From contig NC_043012.1 in NCBI RefSeq assembly GCF_006345805.1, positions 43,896,001 to 43,960,000 on the forward strand: a stretch of 64,000 nucleotides of DNA, read 5' to 3'. The stretch is from Octopus sinensis (Eukaryota). This document shows, piece by piece, positions 13,074-25,687 of the stretch. The notes beneath the pieces were generated by a model. The model was given only the letters and a program-made list of their open reading frames with translations, made no database searches and was not told the DNA's origin. Positions within the stretch are counted from its first letter, which is position 1. Each line of letters opens with the position of its first letter. Position numbers and translations under genes: made by a program.

Positions 13074-13675
13074 CAAGAGTGCTAACAAGAGGGCTTAGTA
13101 CAACGAAACACAAGAGTGCTAACAAGAGGGCTTAGTACAACGAAACACAAGAGTGCTAACAAGAGGGCTTAGTACAACGAAACACAAGAGTGCTAACAAG
13201 AGGGCTTAGTACAACGAAACACAAGAGTGTTAACAAGAGGGCTTAGTACAACGAAACACAAGAGTGCTAACAAGAGGGCTTAGTACAACGAAACACAAGA
13301 GTGCTAACAAGAGGGCTTAGTACAACGAAACACAAGAGTGCTAACAAGAGGGCTTAGTACAACGAAACACAAGAGTGCTAACAAGAGGGCTTAGTACAAC
13401 GAAACACAAGAGTGCTAACAAGAGGGCTTAGTACAACGGAACACAAGAGTGCTAACAAGAGGGCTTAGTACAACGAAACACAAGAGTGCTAACAAGAGGG
13501 CTTAGTACAACGAAACACAAGAGTGCTAACAAGAGGGCTTAGTACAACGGAACACAAGAGTGCTAACAAGAGGGCTTAGTACAACGAAACACAAGAGTGC
13601 TAACAAGAGGGCTTAGTACAACGAAACACAAGAGTGCTAACAAGAGGGCTTAGTACAATGAAACACAAGAGTGCT
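13074..13675 (+). repeat. 37-bp tandem array, 16 full copies plus 10 nt
   Basis: Unit CAAGAGTGCTAACAAGAGGGCTTAGTACAACGAAACA starts at 13074, 13111 ... 13629, with a partial unit at 13666. Only four substitutions seen and no spacers. Confidence 0.97.
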
Positions 13676-13965
13676 GTGTGCAAACGAACAATACTACCTA
13701 AGTGTCGGGTAACAATTACGTTACAACATCTGGAAACGAGTCGTCAGGATATAAAAGTGACGATGTAAAAAAGAAATAAAAATTCCAAATTTCAAACTCC
13801 ATGCCGTTACTGCGTGAAAAGTTCGATATTCTGTAAAAATTCAAATTCTTAATTTCAAATTCCAGGCGGATACTGTGTGAAAAGGCCGATATTGCGTAAA
13901 AGATACTAGAAAAATAAATAAATGAAAATAATAATAAATACTAACTCCAAACAGAAATCAATCTC

Positions 13966-14200
13966 AAAGGGGGAGATGTTGTGGCGAGCATTATTGACAT
14001 CTCTTGGGGATTGGAAGAATGGACTAGCTGAACTCTTATATAGATTTGTGGTCGATATTAGTAGCAAAGGCCGTTTTGGTAAGTCGTCTTGTTGATTCCT
14101 ATTGAACTGCTGTTTTTGTGTGGAACACGTGTGTTTTGCTTGAGTGTAATGGAAAAAAGTTTGAAAAAATAACTTTAGATTCGTCTTTTTCTTGAGTAAT
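13966..14200 (+). mobile_element. Polypurine tract and start of putative 3' LTR
   Basis: AAAGGGGGAGA (13966-13976) directly followed by TGTTGTGG, downstream of Gypsy pol; the LTR end could not be fixed. Confidence 0.65.
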
Positions 14201-14711
14201 AGGAAAAGGGTTTTAAAAAGATCCCATGTATCATGGTGAGAGAAACAAATTCATAAATATGGTGTTGAATATGGTTTCTCTATAGAAAAAAGTTTTAGGG
14301 CGATTTTAGCATATCTCATGGCCAACTGATTTATTCCTTATTTGTTTAATATGTTCAGTTAATTACTACGAGTTCTCTCAGTCACCAATAAGCAAGTTAA
14401 CAAATCTAATTGGTGTAGGAAGATCTGTATTGAATGCTTTAAGGTATAAATCTAGTTGTGGGTAAGAAGAATGTTTTACAGTATAAAAAATGTGCCAACG
14501 GAGTTAATGGTGAACGACATCAAGAACCGGTATACATTCTTCCGTGTCATCAGGAACATGGGTATAGTCTTGCAGCCTCTAAAAGAAACTTATGAAGTCG
14601 CTGGGTTGGAGCTGAAATGGGCCATATGAAAAGTAACTAAGCGACATATTGTTTCAATTAGCTAGGTCTCATTCCGGGTCGAACAATACACTTTTTCAGG
14701 CTTCGCTATAA

Positions 14712-15128
14712 ACGGCGACTGGTAGAAACGTTAGCACGCCGGGCGAAATGCGTAGCAGTATTTCGTCTGCCGTTACGTTCTGAGTTTAAATTCCACCGAG
14801 GTCGACGATGCCTTTCATCTTTTCGGGGTCGATAAATTAAGTACCAGTTACGCACTGGGGTCGATATAATCGACTTAATCCGTTTGTCTGTCTTTGTTTG
14901 TCCCCTCTATGTCCCTTGTAGGTAGTAAAGAAATAGGTATTTCGCCTGCCGCTACGTTCTGAGTTCAAATTCCGCCGAGGTCAACTTTGCCTGTCATCCT
15001 TTCAGAGTCGATTAAATAAGTACCAGTTACGCACTGGGGTCGATATAATCGACTTAATCCGTTTGTCTGTCCTTGTTTGTCCTCTCTGTGTTTAGCCCCT
15101 TGTGGGTAGTAAAGAAATAGGTATTTCG
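14712..15128 (+). mobile_element. tRNA-derived SINE family B with tandemly duplicated body
   Basis: Head GGCGACTGGTAGAAACGTTAGCACGCCGGGCGAAATGCGTAGC, B-box-like GAGTTCAAATTCC; body repeated twice between GTATTTCG words at 14758, 14937 and 15121. Confidence 0.85.
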
Positions 15129-16628
15129 TTTCCCCCGCCCCCCTCGGAAAAGATTTTCCCCACAAATTTCTTTATAACCGTAATGTATGCCGCTTGAAAG
15201 GTATTTATATAAAATTTCATCAAAAAAAACCCCATTTTCCTAAAAGTTATAAGGGGAAAACTCGGATTTTCCGAAGCCTTTTGCCCAACCCCCAACCCCG
15301 TTGTTTTGCGCGCATTTTTGTTTTCATATTCGTTTCATAAAAATTTTTTTACACCCGTTGCACTATTTTATTTTTGTTTTATTTTCATTTCCGGATAATA
15401 TTGTAAACATTAACCCATATCCGGAATATTTTCTTGAGCATTTTATTACATACTTATTCAGATAAGTTTAAATAGTTTTTCATTCGCTTTGTTTTATTCT
15501 GAAATGCTGTTAATAACGAAATCGTTGTCTGAATTCCTCGTTACACCGAAATACTTTTTATACCCAATGAATATCGTTGTTACGGGAATCGCCTCTGTGT
15601 GTGTGTGTGTGTGTTTCAGTTATTGGACTGCAGCCATGGTGTGACACAGTCTTCATAGGTTTCGACAATCATATCGACCACAGCGCTTGTCTGTTGTTGT
15701 TTTTTTTGTAGTTTTCGTGTGAGTAGGGGGTGGGTGGGGTTAGCGATGTCTCTTTGACGTGGTATTAGGTTACAAACATGAATCACAATTTTAAAGCGAT
15801 ATAAACATAAACATAAATACGCATAATCATACACTTACATACATGCACACACACACGCGCGCGCGCGCGCGCCCACGCATACGCACACACATAATATATA
15901 CACAGTGAGAATGAAAAGACAAGACAGGCTGTTAAGGGCTGGTAGAGTTGAAAGTTGGAAAGTTGTGGTAAATGTCCTTTGCCCAAGATGCTGTCTAGTG
16001 GAACCGAACCCCAAGCTACTTAGCTGCAAAGAGAAATGCCTAACCAAACAGTAATGTGTGTGTGTGTGTGTGTGCGTGTCAGTGTCGGTGTGTACATACA
16101 TTCATTTATGCTCGCGCGCACACACTCAGATACATGCACGCAGAACCACGCACATACACGTGTGCGCGCGCACACACACACACACACATACACATACACA
16201 CAGCGTGCGCATATACACATGAGGCCGGAAGTACTTTTAGGAAATAAATTTGGGGCAAATTTTATTCCATATTATCCTATTGTGAATGAATAAAGATAAA
16301 GAATTTTTTTTAAAAAAGGACTAGAGGCTGTTAGTGGCTGACAGAACAGTTAAACTGGTGGGGTGCCTTTTCACTGAACAAGAAGTTCTTTATATTCAGT
16401 GCTTCAAACGTCCAGTTGAAATATTTTTATTTGTCCCGTAAGCATTTACTAGTTTAGCGACGTCGAGTCGTCAGCGAGGCGGACGCTATGTGGCATTTCT
16501 TCTAGCGCTTTACGTTCTACCGAGATCGACTTTCTCTTTCATCCTTTCAGGATTGAGTACAGTACAGTAGTCGATGTGAAATGCTCCATCCACTAAAATT
16601 GTTGCACTCGTGCCCAGAATTTGAAGCG

Positions 16629-17058
16629 GATCTTTTCGGTTTGAACGGCAGTTTTTAATATAATTTGTAGGTAACTAAAACATTTTAAACTTCGTATACT
16701 GGTAGAATGTGTTTATAAAACATCTTTTTTCTCTTGGCTTTATTGAGAAAATTCTATAGTTTGTAAGATATTTGTTGTTTTTTTCTTCAATTTCTGAAAT
16801 TTCAACCAATCAAATACGTCTATTGAGGTGAAAACATTCTGTGCCGTATGAATATATCCCTCGTTTATTGGGTTTATTTACATTCGCGAAGAAAAAAAGA
16901 TACCCTTCCCCCACCACTAACCCTAATCCTAACTAACCCTAACTAATCCTAATCCTAAAACAGATAGAAATGCAATAGATCAATACTAGGGTCATAATTA
17001 TGTGTGACAATTTCATATGACACCGCTAGAAAAAACTGCCGTTCAAACCGAAAAGATC
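16629..17058. mobile_element. TIR-bounded non-autonomous element with internal CCCTAA-like tract
   Basis: Perfect 28-bp terminal inverted repeats (GATCTTTTCGGTTTGAACGGCAGTTTTT at 16629-16656 and 17031-17058); degenerate CCCTAA run at about 16915-16955. Confidence 0.85.
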
Positions 17059-17167
17059 TTTTGAAGCTATTATGCTTGTTAGTAATAGGGCGATGCATAT
17101 ATATACATACACACACACACACATACACACACACACACACACACACCACACACACACACACACACAC

Positions 17168-17209
<42 letters not shown>

Positions 17210-17381
17210 TATATATATATATATATATACATACATATATATATATAGGAATCCTTATTTAGGAGCCCTTAATTACATTTCTACATGAATAATATTTTTC
17301 TATATGAATAATATTTTGTCTAATGACTAATTCGTCCTTTGTGCTGGGCCACTGGTAGTAATCTATATTATTACCCTTTTG

Positions 17382-17423
<42 letters not shown>

Positions 17424-17585
17424 TCGCTGTTGTCTATGTTGATTTTACACGCGTATATATATATATATATATATAGTTAATCCAAACAAGAAAACACAGA
17501 AAAAAGAAAAAAAAGAAAAAACACAGCAACGCAGGACGTGGAACAATTAAAGTATTATTGACGCTCAGGAAAGAAGGGAAGGAGG

Positions 17586-17620
17586 GTTTAACGTTTCGAG
17601 CGGAGCTCTTCGTCGGAAAC
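17586..17620 (-). ncRNA. Minimal hammerhead-like motif (U4C core)
   Basis: Minus strand GUUU-CCGACGA-A-GAGC(UCC)GCUC-GAAAC-GU-U-AAAC. Confidence 0.6.
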
Positions 17621-18021
17621 AAGGAGAAGGAAAGATCCCAAGAAGGGAAGACAGAGGAAAAAATATTTGAGCTGGTGGTGCTCAAGAGATCACATGTTGA
17701 AATATATATATATATATATATACGTGTGTAATATATATATATATATTTCTAAATTTCTAAATTTCTAAATTCGGTATGTGGTAAGGCAACTCGTTGCTAA
17801 ACCCTTATTGCTTAGTATATATATATATAATATATATATATATATACGTGTGTAAAATCAACATAGACAACAGCGACAGAGACAATAGTGAACCACAACA
17901 CAGCGTGTGGTTATCATGGTAACAAGCTGCTAATACCACACTGTCTGTTGATTGACTAAAATTCCCAAATTTCCCAACTTTAATGCCAAATAATTTCAGA
18001 TTCTTTAATTTACGAGATAAA

Positions 18022-18411
18022 GTAATTGGTTGATCGTAATCAAAATTCACAGTTGCATCGATAGACCATAATTGAAATCAATCTGAGAAAACTTTATGTG
18101 GGGCTCATTTTGTGAATGAGAAAGTCTAGAGCCATTATTTGATATGTACGTTTCTGGTTTGTGTAATATGTAAGAAGTACACCTATTACGTAAACTTTTA
18201 TCAGTTAAAGCATTCTGAAATGCTTTAACTGATAAAAGTTTACGTAATAGGTGTACTTCTTACATATTACGCAAACCGGAAACGTACATATCAAATAATG
18301 GCTCTAGACTTTCTCATTCACAAAATGAGCCCCACATAAAGTTTTCTCAGATTGATTTCAATTATGGTCTATCGATGCAACTGTGAATTTTGATTACGAT
18401 CAACCAATTAC
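18022..18411. repeat. 390-bp near-perfect palindrome
   Basis: 193-bp arms around a 4-nt loop (CTGA, 18215-18218); only two mismatches (18155/18278 and 18162/18271). Confidence 0.97.
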
Positions 18412-18531
18412 GTGGTGGATGCATTTCCTCTTATATATTACACAAACCAGAAACGTACGTAATAAATTATTTTGAATTATCATTATTTGGTTTCACTTCA
18501 TTATTACAACTAATGTGTGCGTGTGTGTTCA

Positions 18532-18562
<31 letters not shown>

Positions 18563-18612
18563 CACCCACATCATAAGCAGTTGTCCGAAAATACCATCAT
18601 GGTATTATCTAC

Positions 18613-19440
18613 TGGTATTTTAGAAGTTATTTTGTGTTGCCATATTTGGATAATTTCAACCAATCAATGACGTGTATTCAGTTGAAGAAAGTTATCGCCG
18701 TTTGCGACAGTAATCGAAGTGGAACAACTTCTGGGTCATCTCTACTAAACGTCACCACTCTGTTCTACTTTATTTTTTGTTTGCTGCCTGTGTTGCATAT
18801 TACACGCTTTTTTTTTTTTGTATTTGTATTTTTTTGTTCTCGCGTCGGAGTAACCAGTAAACATCGAAGAATCAACACCAAGAAGGAAGAAATATTATTT
18901 ACATATATTTATTCGTTTGCCCGACATCGGTCTTTAAAAGACCTATAGAGCTATGAATCCGCAGCTAGCTTTTTTTTGTTGTTGACGTGTATGTAGTTTC
19001 AAAATGCCTTATTTTGCAACTACGAGATGTATGGTTATTGTCATAATTTTATCTTACCATAATCAGCAACAAACACATTTCGTCAATATAAAAGTCTTTA
19101 TTAGATTAAAAATAACATCAAAACATGAAGGTAAAACAAAACAAATAGCGGATTATACACCGGAAAATACGGAAATTGTAGCGGAAGTTACAAGTTCGCT
19201 CGCTGGTTGCTAGTTGATAGTGTAGAAGGAAGGGAAAGAGTAAGGAATGCGCGATGCTGACTAGAAAGGAAGAAAGGATAAAGGTGGCATCGTCTTCGCT
19301 CGACATACGAATAGAACAGAGTAGTGACATTTAATAGAGATGATTCGGAAGTTGTTTTTTTTTTTCGATTACTATCGCAAACAGCAGTAGCTTTCTTCAA
19401 CTGAATGCAACTTTAACACGAAATGACTTCTAAAATACCA
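18613..19440. mobile_element. Diverged inverted-repeat element
   Basis: Arms about 18613-18768 and 19310-19440 (TGGTATTTTAGAAG..TTCAGTTGAAGAAAG.. against its reverse complement), sharing words with the Helitron 5' region. Confidence 0.7.
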
Positions 19441-19559
19441 AATTTTGTCAAAAATGTTCAAAGTAAACCGTGTTCTGTGTGAGACATTCCAGCAGTATGC
19501 GAAGTTTAGTAAAAAAAATTAATTAAAAAATCTGTGAGCCAAACTAAACAGATCCGAAA

Positions 19560-19994
19560 TAAGAACCCACAGTAGGATAGAAGCCATAGCCACTCATGAT
19601 AAAAAGGAATATTGGCAGAATGTCCCAGTGAAAACCTCAATAAAATGTAAGCACAACAGACCTGATATAACGATTCTGGATAGAGAAGAGGAACTGTACA
19701 GTTGTGGAAATTAGCTGCCCAGTGGATGTTAACATAAAGCTCAAGATCAGTGAAAAAGAGAAAATCTATGCTGAACTATTCAGAAATCTGCAGTTACTCT
19801 ATCCAGATTACAAGTTCGGGTTTATATTTGTAATTATTGGGGCCCTGGGATATGTAACACACTGCCTAAATACCAATCTTGAGAAATTAGGCTTTTCAAA
19901 ACCAGAAAGGAGAAAGTTAATTCAAAGACTACAGATCGAGTCCTTCACTGGAACTGTAAATGTCTGTAAAACTGTTAAGAAGTTTATCATTTAA
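19560..19994 (+). mobile_element. 3' fragment of R4/Dong-like (RLE-type) non-LTR retrotransposon
   Basis: EYWQNVPVKT..HNRPDITI.D..VEISCP.D.N..K..EK..Y..L...VIIGALG: PD-(D/E)xK restriction-like endonuclease C-terminus. Confidence 0.8.
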
Positions 19995-19999
19995 ATATA

Positions 20000-21242
20000 C
20001 GAGGGGCGTTCAATAAGTAATGCCCCTGACCCACTTCCCATAGCAGTAGAGCAACGACACTTGGCACAGTTATTAGTCTTTTCCTACATAGGAACTACCC
20101 AGAGTTATGCATTTCTCCCATCGTTTGATATAGCTCTGAAGACCGTTTTTGTAGAAGACCCCAGCTTGGTCCTCCAACCACGACGTGACTTCAGAAATCA
20201 AGGCTGCATCATCTGGGAAACGCTTTCCTTTCAAAATCAACTTCATGGCTGGGAAGAGGTGAAAATCAGAGGGTGCAAGGGGAGGAGTTCATAGCCATAC
20301 GCCTGTGCTTCTGATCTGGCGACACGCGAGTTGTGGACCGGAGCGTTGTCCTGCAGGAGGAGGATGCCTTTGCTGATCTTGCCCCGCCTCTTGATTTTGA
20401 TAGCTTCTCTTAATTTCCTCAAAAGTGAAGCATAATAGGCTCCTGTAATTGTGGTACCATTTGCCAGGAAATCTGTCTTCACTACTCCGTCCTGGTCCCA
20501 GAAGACTGTGAGCATAACCTTGTCAGCGGAGGGCTGCACCCTTGCCTTCTTTGGAGGAGGTGAGTCACGGTGCTTTCACTGCATTGACTGGGCTTTGGTC
20601 TATGGATCATCGTGATGGACCCAGGTTTTATCCTGTGTGATCAGTCTTTTGAAAAATTTTGACTCATCTTCTTGGCACATCTCCAAATTCATCCTCGAGC
20701 ACTCAACGCGTTCTTGCTTCTGGAAAGGTGTGAGCAACCTGGAAATCCATCTGGCAGACACCTTTTGCATATGCAAATGGTCATGAATGATAGTGTCCAC
20801 AGACCCGGTACTAATCTTGAGCTTATGGGCTATTTGGCGAATAGTTATGCGTTGACCTTCCAAAATGGCAGCCTCAACTTGACGGACAGACGTCTCATCA
20901 ACGGCAGAAGGGGGCGACCAGATCTGGGAGCTGTTTCTACAGAGTTCCGACTATGTTTGAATTCACAATGCCAGCGTTTTACAAGGTCATATGATGGGGC
21001 ATCATCACCATAAGTTACTTTCATTTCATCAAAAGTCTCCCGTGGTGTGCGTCCTTTCAAATACAAAAACCAGATCACTGCTCGACACTCAACAGGCTCC
21101 ATTTCACACTTGACTCAGTTCAAACACCTGTAAATCAGAAACCACAATTAGTTCAGAGCTGTAATTCACCACTTAATCTATAGAGGTACAAATAAGTGCA
21201 CATGCAAGTGGGCCAGGGGCATTACTTATTGAACGCCCCTCG
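20000..21242 (-). mobile_element. Full-length mariner transposon with disrupted transposase
   Basis: TA-flanked TIRs CGAGGGGCGTTCAATAAGTAATGCCCCTG at both ends; minus ORFs 21102-20845, 20863-20600 and 20539-20243 give HTH, WVHH and LLQDNAPVH; the HPPYSPD segment is deleted. Confidence 0.95.
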
Positions 21243-21884
21243 TATATGAGCATGTTTAGATATGCAACTATGTGCATGAGAGTACATACATAAAACAAAA
21301 CATACAAATCTGCAGACAGATAGATAGATAGATAGATAGATACATACATACATACATACATACATACATACATACATACATACATACATACATACATACA
21401 TACATACATACATACTGAAGCTTCTCTGCTACTACTTTGGATTTCACTTTCGGAGGCTCAGGTATCATTAGCCAACAATTCAGGAACGGAATCATGGAAT
21501 AGTAAAAACGAAGCTTCGGCATTCACTAAATATTAATACAACTGTACTGAGAGCTTTTTCTTCGTATATCAATACATCCCTTCGTAGATATGCATATGCA
21601 TATATTTATCAACTACTTTTGTCGTTTTCGATTATACTTTATTTTTCATCTGTCGTCGTTTATAGCCAGTTTATGTTTTCGTCACCGACCGTACATTTAT
21701 CTCAGCAGATTTTTGCAATTGACGCTTTCAAAATGAGCATTCGTATCCATAATAGCGCGAAATTGTGATGATTTTTGGCCGATAACTGATGAGGGACGAG
21801 CATGTTCGCGTCTCACGAGTGATTTTTCCGTGCATTCCTTTGTCGCCTTTCTCTGCAATTTTCTATATATATATATATATATGT

Positions 21885-22055
21885 GTGTGAGAGAGAGTGA
21901 AAGAAAATGAAATTCAGGAACGTCTTTATTATTTCACTACGATCGTTTCGACCCAACGTGCACCGGTATCTCGCAGGTTGTGCACTATGGGGTGAAACGA
22001 TTGTAGTGAATGATAAAGAATCTCGTGAATTTTATTTTTCTCTCTCTCATATTTT
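21885..22055. repeat. Short fold-back of a putative PLE terminus
   Basis: TCTTTATTATTTCACTACGATCGTTTCGACCC versus GGGGTGAAACGATTGTAGTGAATGATAAAGA; both arms carry GAAAC-GATY-GTA-GTG. Confidence 0.75.
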
Positions 22056-22530
22056 ACATCCTCTACAGACACGAAAAAATTCCTGAAGTAAATCAAGTTG
22101 CATTTACCTCCATACTGTTGATGACATCAGGTTGCCGAATACTGTGAATGAGCATTCCACCAGGTGTATACTCGAATATAAAATTATTACTTACACACAC
22201 ACACATATATACATATGTGTGTGCGTATGCATTTTAATGTATGCGTGTATGTGTGTGTATCGATATATATATATATATATATAAACCAGCTTAGAGAAGA
22301 AGAAGAAACGAAACGAAACGAAACGAATCGAATCGAATCGACGCGAGGGCGCTCAGTCATAGAATAGTGTAATAAATAAAATATATGCATATATACAAAC
22401 ATATATGTACGTACCTACATCTACATGTATATATACATGCATATATAAATATATATACGTGCGTACAGGACACCACAAATAGACGTAGAACTCAACGAGA
22501 AACGAAAAAGTAAAAACAGCATGGAACGGA

Positions 22531-22569
<39 letters not shown>

Positions 22570-23245
22570 TATGAATAAATGCATATGCATGATACACACA
22601 CACATATCCATGCGTACATATATAATCGCACACACATACAAACAACGAAGGAGAAAAACGATGAGAGTGGGAGAACAGCTGACGCAGCCAGTTACACACA
22701 TACTCCCCTACACACACATGCACATGTACTTACATAATTGCATTTATCCACATATGCATATAAAATACAAACATGAAAACATGCATACAAACATCAATTT
22801 ATCTGAGTATATCATTCATTGTTACTAGTAATTGTTTTGTGTTGATGATTGCTTCCCAAGCACAGGCACCGCACATCACTACAGCAACCACTGCCATTGC
22901 TATACTTATGTAAACTCTTTCCCCTCCTTTGCTGAAAATGTTGAGCTCAGGAGTAATCGAGATAATGCCTCTAATCATCTCCAGATGACGGCATAAAATA
23001 AAGCAATTTATTAAATTGAAGTGGTATTACAGCAATTTGAAATGAAGCAGCCAAAACAAGCTAGGGAACAAAAACGGAGAATTTGGCTTTCACAAGAGAG
23101 TGTTATTTTAATTTAGTCTTGGAGAAATCCGGAAACATTCATGCTCAGTCATGCTAACAACATCGTTTTCATCATCATTATCATCATTATCAGCAGCAGT
23201 AGCAAAACCTCCTCCACAACCACTACCATCACTGTATCATCATCG

Positions 23246-23276
<31 letters not shown>

Positions 23277-23439
23277 TACTTTCTCAGTTGTCTTATATTT
23301 TATTGGTCATTTTCACTGCATTACCGAGTGCCGTTGCTTTGTGCTGTGTTCTGTTTTAACGATGTATTTTCTGTTGTACTGGCTACAGTTAATAGGCTGG
23401 CAATCCCTTGTAATACTGTTTCCAACATCTGATTCTTTT

Positions 23440-24020
23440 ATTATGTGTGTCTGCATGTTTTTCTTTTTTTATTATTATCCTTTCCGTGTACCAATAGCCC
23501 ATCTCTATTTCTAGATGTCAATATTTGAATAATTACTCTAATTTCTTTTAGAGACACATTGTCGTCTTCGGAGACTGATTAGACGTTTGAGGAGTTCTTC
23601 GTTTGCTGCTGACATAGCAATAATATCCGGTGATTAGCTTTTATCTCCCTGCCTATGTGGATTGGCTTATCCTGAAGGCATTATCTTTGTCTGACTCCTT
23701 TTTCAGTCTTTTCTATTGATATTTAATATTCTATTAATGTTTCTACTGATATTTCCTTTTACTAACATTAATTCCACTGTCTCTATACCCTCACATCTGC
23801 CATCACTGGGTATATTCTTTCCTGTCTAAGAGTGGTTGGACAGAAATAATATCGTTAATTGTTTTCTTTTCTTTTTTTTCTTTTCTCATTTTCTCCAATC
23901 ACTTTATATTTCGGCAGCTGCTTAATGTATTCTGGTTCATTTCGTGATTTTGTGGTTTGTGGTAGAAAGGTTTTAAACCTCTGTTGCAATCAATAATCCT
24001 TTAACCTCATGTTTAATAAT
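23440..24020 (-). mobile_element. Possible PLE ORF relic
   Basis: Weak SKR..NLKRLIS-like linker word and a TTLRQERIYP-like segment; very decayed. Confidence 0.3.
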
Positions 24021-25225
24021 CTTTTATCACCTACCTGTTTCAGACATTAGACTGGGCCATGCTGGAGCACCGCCTTGGAGAATTTTAGTCGAATAAACCG
24101 ACCTTAGTACTATTATTTTTTTTAAAGCCTGCTAATTATTCTACGGTCACCTCTAAGTTACAGAGACGTAAACACACCTACACCGGTTGTCAATCAGAGA
24201 CACACATGTGTATATATATATAATTTTTTTGTTATATATTTTTTTACTTTTTTTACTTTCATGTTTTTTTACTTCCATATTTATTTTCATTTTGTTCATT
24301 AATATTTCTTTACCTTCTTTTTCGCCTCTATCCCCCCTCTAGTTTTTAACTTCTTAATCTCTATTCATTCAAGCTTGTGTTCAATTTACTGTTCCCTATT
24401 TTTATTTCTGTTTTTATCTTTTCTCTAATTTTGCCGCATCTTTACTTTTTTCTTTTTCTTTCTTTTCTGATTTACCCTTACACTTCTTTAACTTGCTAAT
24501 TATTCACTAATAATTTATTTATTCATAATTGTTTATAATAGTTACACCACCGTATTTGAGACAGACATTTAGAACATGTGGGTTCCTTTTGCGTGTGTGC
24601 AGGAATGCATAGGTGTGGAGACCTGTATATTTCGGGAGTTACACGTACCCTTGCGTGGAAGTATGTACCTGCACAGGCGCACTCACATTAGTGCACGCGC
24701 GTGTATATGCGTATATGGGCATATATGTGCATATGAGTATGTCCATGTGTGTGCGTGTAGTGGTGGGCGTATATACACGTTTGTATGGATGTGTACGTAG
24801 GTATATATATGTGTGTGTATATGTATATGTGTGTATATATATATGTGTATATGTTTGTACACTTATGTGTATGTGTGTGTATGTGTATGTGTATGTATAC
24901 ATGTATATACATTTCTAGTACCTCTTTGTTCGAGTGCATAAGGATACATATGCACGTGCGTAGATATAGGAATGGGTATACCTGTTTCTGTGCCTGTGGG
25001 GATATATGTACATATGTCTATGTTCTTGAATCTGGGTGTGTTTGTATATATGTATTTATGTGCACTCGTGCACGCGTGAGGACGGGTGTATGTATGCATA
25101 TATAAACAGGTGTGTGTACGCATGAACTTGAATGAACCTCTATGGACGCATACATGTCGATGTATGCATGTGTTTGTTTGTGTATGGGTTTCATTGGATA
25201 TCTTTACACATGTACTTATACATAT

Positions 25226-25438
25226 CTTTTTTACTATTTTACTTGTTTCACTCATTTGAATGCGGCCATGCTGGAGCACCGCCTTTAGTCGAGCAAATCG
25301 ACCTCAGGAGTTATTCTTTGTAAGCCCAGTACTTATTCTATCGGTCTCTTTTGCCGAACTGCTAAGTGACGGCGACGTAAACACACCAGCATCGGTTGTC
25401 AAGCAATGCTAGGGGGACAAACACAGACACACAAACAT

Positions 25439-25504
<66 letters not shown>

Positions 25505-25687
25505 TATATATACATACATATATACGACGGGCTTCTTTCAATTTCCGTCACCAAATCCACTCACAAGGCTTTGGTCGACCCGAGGCTATAGTAGAAGACA
25601 CTTGCCCAAGGTGCCACGCAGTGGGACTGAACCCGGAACCATGTGGTTGGTAAACAAGCTACTTACCATACAGTCACTCCTGCACCT
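25226..25687 (-). mobile_element. SINE family A copy
   Basis: Collinear with 7201-7668; internal (CA)n(TA)n. Confidence 0.92.

Noticed and set aside
13074-13675. CRISPR array (37-bp repeats)
   Set aside because: Units abut with no unique spacers, no cas genes are present, and the context is a eukaryotic LTR element.
21786-21830. Hammerhead at CTGATGA-GGGAC..GTCTC
   Set aside because: No GAAA, stem III or stem I follows.
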